DNA of 14,156 nt, from positions 1-14,156 of the forward strand of contig JBHLQM010000071.1 of assembly GCA_048884785.1 (NCBI GenBank), read 5' to 3'. A program made the translations under genes and the position numbers. The notes under the pieces are model-generated. The model did no database searches. It was not told the DNA's origin and was given only the letters and a program-made list of their open reading frames with translations. This document shows positions 8,303 through 14,156 of the stretch, in pieces. Positions within the stretch are counted from its first letter, which is position 1. Each line of letters opens with the position of its first letter. The DNA comes from Candidatus Thorarchaeota archaeon. GTDB lineage: Archaea; Asgardarchaeota; Thorarchaeia; Thorarchaeales; Thorarchaeaceae.

Positions 8303-9124
8303 ATGATAGATGATAACGTAACTGGAAGCGAAAATATTCTCCTAAAGTGCGAAAACCTGACCAAGAAGTACACCTCTGGACTTGTAAGGACAAAGATAAT
8401 TCTAGGCGCGAAGAACACATCTTTTGATATTAAACGAGGGGAAATCGTTTCTCTTGCAGGTGAGAGCGGCAGTGGAAAATCAACGATCGCGAAGATGATA
8501 CTGAGATTAATTGAGCCAACATCTGGTAGTATTATTCTCAATGGCAGAAATATACAATCATACAGTAAACGAGAGTACTACAAGCAAGTGCAGGCTGTGT
8601 TTCAGGATCCCTACTCTGCATTCAATCCGTTCTATAAAGTCGACCATGTCTTTGACAGGGCATTCGGTCTTCGAGATGATAACCTCGACCGAGATGAGAG
8701 AAAAGAGGTGATTGAATCCACATTAATGTCTATCGGATTAAATCCCGATGAAGTGCTAGGTAGATACCCTCATGAGTTAAGCGGCGGGCAAATGCAGAGG
8801 CTACTAATTGGAAGATCACTTCTCATAGGCTCACAGTTGTTGATTGCCGATGAACCCACAAGTATGATAGATGCGTCCACTCGAGCTGGTGTCTTGAACC
8901 TACTTCTTCGTCTGAAAGAGGAGAAGGATTTCTCGGTACTTTTCATAACGCACGATATAGGCCAAGCACAGTACGTTTCCGAGAGAGTCCTTATTATGAA
9001 GGAAGGAGAGATTGTTGAACAGGGCTCTGTACATGACGTATTTACTAGACCGGAGCATCCATACACAAAGGAACTACTTGCGGCAGTTCCCAGTCTGTAT
9101 GAAAAATGGGAAGAGGATAAATAA
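8303..9124 (+). CDS. ABC transporter ATP-binding subunit, OppF/DppF type, short form (start ATG 8303 or GTG 8294)
   Basis: Walker A GESGSGKST, VFQDPY, LSGGQMQR, IADEPTSMID, ITHD, HPYT. GGGTGA (8292-8297) lies 5 nt before ATG 8303. Confidence 0.95.
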   Translation: MIDDNVTGSENILLKCENLTKKYTSGLVRTKIILGAKNTSFDIKRGEIVSLAGESGSGKSTIAKMILRLIEPTSGSIILNGRNIQSYSKREYYKQVQAVFQDPYSAFNPFYKVDHVFDRAFGLRDDNLDRDERKEVIESTLMSIGLNPDEVLGRYPHELSGGQMQRLLIGRSLLIGSQLLIADEPTSMIDASTRAGVLNLLLRLKEEKDFSVLFITHDIGQAQYVSERVLIMKEGEIVEQGSVHDVFTRPEHPYTKELLAAVPSLYEKWEEDK

Positions 9125-9132
9125 TCGGCTCC

Positions 9133-9150
9133 GGGAACAAACCTGTTTTT
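9133..9150 (+). terminator. Possible weak terminator after the ATPase genes
   Basis: GGGAACA-AACC-TGTTTTT short stem ending in an oligo-T run, 9 nt after the stop codon. Confidence 0.3.
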
Positions 9151-9308
9151 CAATGGCGGCGCTCCAAGACAGAAAGCAGTCGTCCGAAACTGACTTGAGC
9201 CTTTCATTTACGACTTGAGGTGCCATGTTTTTGCTTGTGGATTCTTCATGTTTTTCAATACTCATCATCCAATTGACCTGCAATTTTTTACAGCAAATAG
9301 CGTCTCTG

Positions 9309-9392
9309 CCACTTTTTTTTCGTCAAGATTCACGTAATTGCTTATGTATTCCATTCAAACAGCTATTATAGCGCGTATACACTTAGGAGGAG
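9309..9392 (+). promoter_or_regulatory. Putative separate promoter for the SBP gene: degenerate box CCACTTTTTTTTCGT (9309-9323), TATA-like TTATGTAT (9342-9349), RBS AGGAGGAG (9385-9392)
   Basis: A 277-bp intergenic gap precedes the gene. There is a strong RBS before GTG 9402 and an AT-rich box at a plausible distance upstream. The TATA assignment is uncertain (TATTATA at 9364-9370 is an alternative). Confidence 0.4.
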
Positions 9393-9401
9393 ACACACCA
9401 A

Positions 9402-11378
9402 GTGAAAAGAGGAAATAGAATTGCAACTGCCATGATCATCAGTATTATGGTGTCTGCAATGGTCTTATTCAGTTTCAATGTTAAGCCAGCTGTTGCGCAA
9501 ACCACCGTAGCGAGGAACGAAACGGTGTGGGGGGCTGGTTTTGGCATGAACACTGGAAGCTACCAACCCTGGAACATGGGCTCAAACCAAGGCTGGACAA
9601 CCTACCTGATGTATGAACCTATGTTTGGGACTAACGTAGCAACAGGAGAAATCATCTGCTGGCTGGGTGATAGCATCGAGTGGCAAGGCAGTGACACAAT
9701 ACAGATAACACTGAGGAGTGATCTTCACTGGACCTCAATAGGCAGCAATCTTGCTGCGAATACTACACCCATAACGACTGATGATGTAATCTTCTCATTT
9801 GAAATACTTCAGCAGACTGGTCAACTCGGCTCTCTTGTTCAGAGAGTAGGTGACATCAGTACGGCCTTCACGAAAGTAAGCGATACAGTACTGAACGTTA
9901 CCGTTCTTCCAGCATATGCAGGAAGCAGTGAGGTCTATCGCCAACTGACTTATGGCTTTCTCATATTCCCCAAGGCAGTATGGCAAGATATCAATACAAC
10001 TTATAGTGGTGACCTGTCTACATACACCAACGACTGGCAAGATACCGCGATGGTTCCAGCCAAGTGGAGAGTCGCATCTGGGATGTACCTGCCATACTTC
10101 CATGATGCCACAACAACAATTGGAGAGGTTAACGAGAACTGGTGGGGTGTAGATGACGTAGATTTCGGCAGGCTGCCTGAACCCAACTATTTCGGATACA
10201 CATCGTATGCTAGTAACGACCTTGCGCTACTTGCCATGGAAAATGGGGATCTTGACTGGGACGGCAATTATCTTGCAGGACTGACGGAAGTCAAGGCTGA
10301 CTTCCCTAACATTGTCACCTACTTTGATGATTTGCCATTCTTCCCGGACAAGTCACCAGTAATGCTAGTTCCAAACCATAAGAATTACCCACTGAATCAG
10401 ACATGGCTTCATAAGGCTATGTCCAAAGTGTTGAACTACACTGCGATGAGTGCTGTATCAAGTGGTTACTTGAAGGATCCTAGCCCTATGCTGATACCTG
10501 CAGACGACGAATCTGCCAGAGCATTATTGAATGAAACAATCGAAGCCAAATACGCGATAACTTACGACGTAGCTGCTGCGATTGATATTCTAGAAGAACA
10601 CTGTGTCTTTGAAGATGGAGTATGGTGGACAAAGGAAGGAGTCACACCCAGTGATCCTATCCAGCACTACCCACTTCAAGAATGGAACTTTGAATCAAAT
10701 GCAACAGCCCCATATACAATCCTTGACTTCATGGGATGGACTGATGTCAATGCAATGGATCAAGTAGCAGCTCAGGCATTCTCTAGTCTGTTAAACATTC
10801 AAACTCAAGTTGAGTTCATCAGCGGCTGGGGAACTGTGCAGGTAAGGATGAACAACTTCCAGTTCGATCTTGCAGATATGGTCATGTCAGGACAGATCAA
10901 CATGAACATGTATGAAAGATACTTCCAGATGTTCTCACCCGAGAGCTCTAGCGCAGGCGGGGGAGTGAATGCTCCTCTCGGTGGCTGGTATAATCAGACG
11001 TTCATCGACGACATCGAAGAACTAGATACCCATCCTGCTGGCTCAGCTGCACAATGGGCTGTCGCCAATGAGATGCAAGAGATCCTTGGTCAAGTCATGC
11101 CTGTCATTCCATTGGCTGGACACGCGGACTGGCAGATCTATAGCACTACATACTGGGAGAACTGGCCTAACAGTGTGACCAATCCAATGCTACCAAGCAG
11201 TCCCTACGCTGGCACTACGCAGAATGCAAACCTGCTCGCTATCGTCTTTGCATTAGAATCAACTGGAGCGACAACAACACCTCCACCAGGAGATTACACC
11301 CTCATCATAGTGGGAGCAGGAATCGCACTCCTAGCGGTTATTGTAATAGTAGTGTTGTATCAACGCAGAGGAGATTAG
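9402..11378 (+). CDS. ABC solute-binding protein, family 5 (oligosaccharide-binding subgroup), with signal peptide and C-terminal membrane anchor
   Basis: Signal peptide MKRGNR+hydrophobic+AVA|Q. Family-5 features RNETVWGAG, LMYEPMF, LRSDLHW...PITTDDVIFSFE, SGMY, NENWWG, ALLAMENGDLDW, MPVIPL, YSTTYWENWP. C-terminal STGATTTPPPGD linker, TM helix and QRRGD tail. Confidence 0.9.
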   Translation: MKRGNRIATAMIISIMVSAMVLFSFNVKPAVAQTTVARNETVWGAGFGMNTGSYQPWNMGSNQGWTTYLMYEPMFGTNVATGEIICWLGDSIEWQGSDTIQITLRSDLHWTSIGSNLAANTTPITTDDVIFSFEILQQTGQLGSLVQRVGDISTAFTKVSDTVLNVTVLPAYAGSSEVYRQLTYGFLIFPKAVWQDINTTYSGDLSTYTNDWQDTAMVPAKWRVASGMYLPYFHDATTTIGEVNENWWGVDDVDFGRLPEPNYFGYTSYASNDLALLAMENGDLDWDGNYLAGLTEVKADFPNIVTYFDDLPFFPDKSPVMLVPNHKNYPLNQTWLHKAMSKVLNYTAMSAVSSGYLKDPSPMLIPADDESARALLNETIEAKYAITYDVAAAIDILEEHCVFEDGVWWTKEGVTPSDPIQHYPLQEWNFESNATAPYTILDFMGWTDVNAMDQVAAQAFSSLLNIQTQVEFISGWGTVQVRMNNFQFDLADMVMSGQINMNMYERYFQMFSPESSSAGGGVNAPLGGWYNQTFIDDIEELDTHPAGSAAQWAVANEMQEILGQVMPVIPLAGHADWQIYSTTYWENWPNSVTNPMLPSSPYAGTTQNANLLAIVFALESTGATTTPPPGDYTLIIVGAGIALLAVIVIVVLYQRRGD

Positions 11379-11392
11379 TTAAATACTATTGA

Positions 11393-11433
11393 GAAGGTTG
11401 TTGATGAATATCACAACCTTCCCTCTTTCTTTC
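11393..11433 (+). terminator. Stem-loop terminator/stabiliser between the convergent SBP and GH116 genes
   Basis: GAAGGTTG(T)TGAT-GAAT-ATCACAACCTTC forms a 12-bp stem with one bulge, followed by the pyrimidine tract CCTCTTTCTTTC. A further T-run lies at about 11456-11467. Confidence 0.65.
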
Positions 11434-11507
11434 TGATGACTGCCAAGATTCAAGATTTTCTTTTTTGGCATTTCTTCTACACTAAGGATAGTTCTAAACT
11501 AAGATGG

Positions 11508-13892
11508 TTACTCACAACTTCGGAGAGCGTGCTCTATAGCCCAAATTGACAGCGGACGCATATACATTGAGGCTCTGAAATTTCCATATTCAGTCCAAGC
11601 CTCGGGGGTTCGAAACCAATATCCTCGTTCCTTGTATGTCATATTATAAACACCATGAGCGGTCTTTAACCCTTGCTCAACTAGTCCTAGATGAATCATG
11701 AAGGCGGCAAGCGCATAGGTCGTTCCTGTCCACACTTCTGAGCTTTGAGCACAAGTGTCATCGGGTGTTCCATCTGGGCGCATTCCATTTACTGCGCCCA
11801 TTTTTCCGAGCTGAAATCGCAGTACATTGAAGTTGTAAATGGTCTGCAAAGCTGAAATTGCATTCTCTCTCGGCACTATATCTGGAAGACCACAAACGTG
11901 CATATACCACTGTCCTGCAAGTTGATCTGCCATAATGCTGTCATGATGCCTTGCATCGCTGCTGTCGAAGTTGTAGTATTGTCCATTCCAGAGCTTCTCA
12001 CCGAAGGACCGTTTTCCATTTTCAAGAATGAAATGATACTTCTGTTCAGTACTCTCGTCTCCGAGTTTCTGCGCCATTCCAATCATTGCCTGAGCAGCAC
12101 CCAGATACAGACTACTGCAATAAGCACTGGGCCCTTCCATCCTCCAATTGTCATATGTCTGGTCAGGAATCCCTTCATTCTCTGGAATGCCATCAAAATC
12201 CTTGTCGAATGCATCGACATATTCCATTGCTTGTTTTACGGCAGGCCAGCAATACTTTAAGAATTCCTCATCATTTGTGAATACATAGTTCCGATAAACT
12301 TGAAGTACGAATTTGGAATTCAGGTCTTTCCATCTACCACAATCCAAGTAGGCGTATGCGTTTAGTCGATACCAAGGATCTTCCTGGGGCGTTCCCAGGT
12401 CATGAGGTACAGAGCCCTTACGTTTTCTCGGAACTACTATTCTATCCACAAGTAGTGCGTGTGGGCTATTATCTTCAGGATTAATTGCATCAGCAAAATC
12501 CCGCTGAACGCTGCTATCAAGTTCAGGCCAATTCATCAAGGTAGCAAACGATGAGTAGTATAAAACATCGTAAGTATTAATGTACGGATATTCAAAGCAT
12601 TCTAGATATCCAAAGTGTCCCAAACCTCTTACATCTATTTTCTTATCAACTTCTCCAATGATCCAGGATGAGCTGCTATCAACTAGGAAATACAACTCGT
12701 TAAAAAGACCTGATTTAAGCCAGGTAGGACGATTTGACTTCAAAACAGGTCTTTGCCATTCTTCAATCATATGCATCCAAGTTTGCCAATTATCCAGACC
12801 TTCCATGACTAAGGGGATGGCGTATTTTCCATCAGTTCCAAAAAAGCGTGTATAGTACTTATACCACCTTCGACCCTCTCCGAATTGGAGTATCGGAATG
12901 TCCCAACTCAACGCGAAAATAATCTCAGCTGATTCTTTAGGTTTGAGTTTCACCTTGGCGCATAATGCTCCGCCCTCCTTATGAGAACGCTTAGTTGATC
13001 TTGGTATCGATTCAACCAAAATTCCTTCATTTTTGAAACTCCGCCATAAATCATGTCCTTTCAATTCAGTATCGAAGTGCAAGCAACTTGAGAGTTCTGT
13101 TTCTTTTGTTCCCTCGACTCCCATTCCAAAAGAGACTGGACTGGCTGCTTCGCTACGTTCCTGACGAAGTTCCAAGAGAAGTTGATTAGGACTTGGAGAA
13201 TCAACCAGTGAATGAACACTATCGATTTTTGGTTGAGTTGGAGAAACAGCATTCTCCCAAGTGAACATCAAAGAAACATCAAGTCTTTCATCTATGACAT
13301 TCTTTAGCGACCAAGAAAAGACACCCACAGGATACGAGCTTTCCTGATAATTGCCTCCAATGACTGGAGTCAGCTGCTGGCAGATGGCTTCAACTCCAAT
13401 ATCACGGTAGTTGTAGGTAGTCCATGCGCGAGGAAATAGCGCATGATATTTGGCTCTAGATGCTCGCATCCCCCAGCTCCATGAGCTCAATCGAGATTCA
13501 TCAGGGATTCTTGGATTTAGAGTCTGGAGAACAGGTCTGCCTTTTCCTGCAATCCTCAGGTGAAACTGGTTGGGCAAAGAGGGGTGATATTCATGGGCGC
13601 CAGTTCGAAGATGCCATCGCGCAAAGTCCCCCATGTAACCTCGTCCGATGCTTCCGCACCCTATGCCCCCGATTGGAACGCCTTGATTATATCCGTCATC
13701 GATTGGTCTTGTCGGCGGACACGGGAGCATCTCCCAGAATTGTTCGTCAAGGTCAATTGGCACATCTGCAAGGCTGGGCCATACCATGCTAGGTTCAAGT
13801 CCCATGGGATAACTTCTCGGTCTTCCAGGCTGCAAGGGACCCTCGTTTAATGAAATTGTCCAAGCACAATCTGGTATCTGGAAAGGCATCAT
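11508..13892 (-). CDS. GH116 beta-glucosidase, GBA2 (non-lysosomal glucosylceramidase)-like
   Basis: GVPIGGIGCGSIGRG, NQF, LSSWSW, YHALFPRAWTTY, NYQESSYPVGVF, LFNELY, FGYLECFEY (nucleophile Glu), NTYDV, VPHDLG, WKDLNSKF, FDKDFDGIPENEGIPDQTYDNW (acid/base Asp), MADQLAGQWY, AVNGM, EVWTG, FRTPEA, YMRPLSIW. No signal peptide. RBS GGAGA at 13901-13897. Confidence 0.96.
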   Translation of the reverse strand: MMPFQIPDCAWTISLNEGPLQPGRPRSYPMGLEPSMVWPSLADVPIDLDEQFWEMLPCPPTRPIDDGYNQGVPIGGIGCGSIGRGYMGDFARWHLRTGAHEYHPSLPNQFHLRIAGKGRPVLQTLNPRIPDESRLSSWSWGMRASRAKYHALFPRAWTTYNYRDIGVEAICQQLTPVIGGNYQESSYPVGVFSWSLKNVIDERLDVSLMFTWENAVSPTQPKIDSVHSLVDSPSPNQLLLELRQERSEAASPVSFGMGVEGTKETELSSCLHFDTELKGHDLWRSFKNEGILVESIPRSTKRSHKEGGALCAKVKLKPKESAEIIFALSWDIPILQFGEGRRWYKYYTRFFGTDGKYAIPLVMEGLDNWQTWMHMIEEWQRPVLKSNRPTWLKSGLFNELYFLVDSSSSWIIGEVDKKIDVRGLGHFGYLECFEYPYINTYDVLYYSSFATLMNWPELDSSVQRDFADAINPEDNSPHALLVDRIVVPRKRKGSVPHDLGTPQEDPWYRLNAYAYLDCGRWKDLNSKFVLQVYRNYVFTNDEEFLKYCWPAVKQAMEYVDAFDKDFDGIPENEGIPDQTYDNWRMEGPSAYCSSLYLGAAQAMIGMAQKLGDESTEQKYHFILENGKRSFGEKLWNGQYYNFDSSDARHHDSIMADQLAGQWYMHVCGLPDIVPRENAISALQTIYNFNVLRFQLGKMGAVNGMRPDGTPDDTCAQSSEVWTGTTYALAAFMIHLGLVEQGLKTAHGVYNMTYKERGYWFRTPEAWTEYGNFRASMYMRPLSIWAIEHALRSCE

Positions 13893-13936
13893 AACATCTC
13901 CGGGAAGTATGTCTAATTGACTCTTGACTGATATGC

Positions 13937-13948
13937 TTTAATTTAATA
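13937..13948 (-). promoter_or_regulatory. Putative TATA box of the GH116 gene
   Basis: Minus strand reads TATTAAATTAAA, about 45-55 nt upstream of the start codon, which leaves room for an RBS-containing leader. Confidence 0.4.
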
Positions 13949-14156
13949 CACAACCCATTAAGGATTTTTTATTTTGTGGAGAGAAGCCACCAGAAGATAT
14001 GCAATACTCAAACAGCATTAGACGTGACATTTGAACAGCATTTGTAAATACCATAGTAATGTATTCCGAAATTACCAAGAGAAGTAAGGGACTGATGTAA
14101 TATTGATGGGATAATCGAAGGGCATTGCACTACCTGCTGCGATGCACACTTTTCGA

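Noticed and set aside
9192-9259. Short repeats as a CRISPR array or IS ends
   Set aside because: The units are only 8-11 bp with two copies each, and there are no spacers, cas genes or transposase.
8770-9283. Antisense and overlapping ORFs (145, 68 and 69 aa) reaching into the intergenic gap
   Set aside because: They mostly overlap the ATPase gene and have no RBS or domain signal.
11367-11375. C-terminal RGD tripeptide in the SBP
   Set aside because: It follows the TM helix on the predicted cytoplasmic side and is part of the basic stop-transfer tail, not an integrin ligand.
5342-11378. Calling the ABC system a peptide/nickel transporter (opp/dpp gene symbols)
   Set aside because: The fold family is Opp/Dpp, but the glycosidase context and SBP/permease motifs point to oligosaccharide import, so no symbols were assigned.
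82-13850. Remaining 60-120 aa alternative-frame ORFs in the track
   Set aside because: All overlap well-supported genes and have no recognisable motifs.

Overview
This window holds one intact, probably archaeal, carbohydrate-utilisation locus. An Lrp/AsnC regulator (- strand) is divergent from a + strand run of genes: a cytoplasmic GH3 beta-glucosidase, a GH94 glycoside phosphorylase, an Opp/Dpp-type ABC importer (two permeases, two ATPases) and a separately promoted family-5 solute-binding protein (SBP) with a C-terminal membrane anchor. A GH116 (GBA2/non-lysosomal glucosylceramidase-like) beta-glucosidase converges on this run from the - strand. Archaeal origin is inferred from TATA-like promoters, GGTGA/GGAGG ribosome-binding sites and an SBP with a signal peptide, Thr/Pro linker, C-terminal TM helix and many N-x-T sequons. 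The anchor style recalls Asgard (Thorarchaeia-like) proteins, but that cannot be proven here. The most notable points are: (i) a Thermotoga-like phosphorolytic beta-glucoside pathway coupled to a GBA2-like enzyme; (ii) a GH94 mixing cellobiose- and chitobiose-phosphorylase signatures with a short catalytic loop; (iii) a recurring CCGAA-N5-TTCGG box at a repressor-like position in the lrp promoter and 31-33 bp upstream of the TATA boxes of the catabolic genes, suggesting an Lrp-controlled sugar regulon. No RNA genes, CRISPR arrays or mobile elements were seen. All family assignments come from motif recognition by eye, not database searches.
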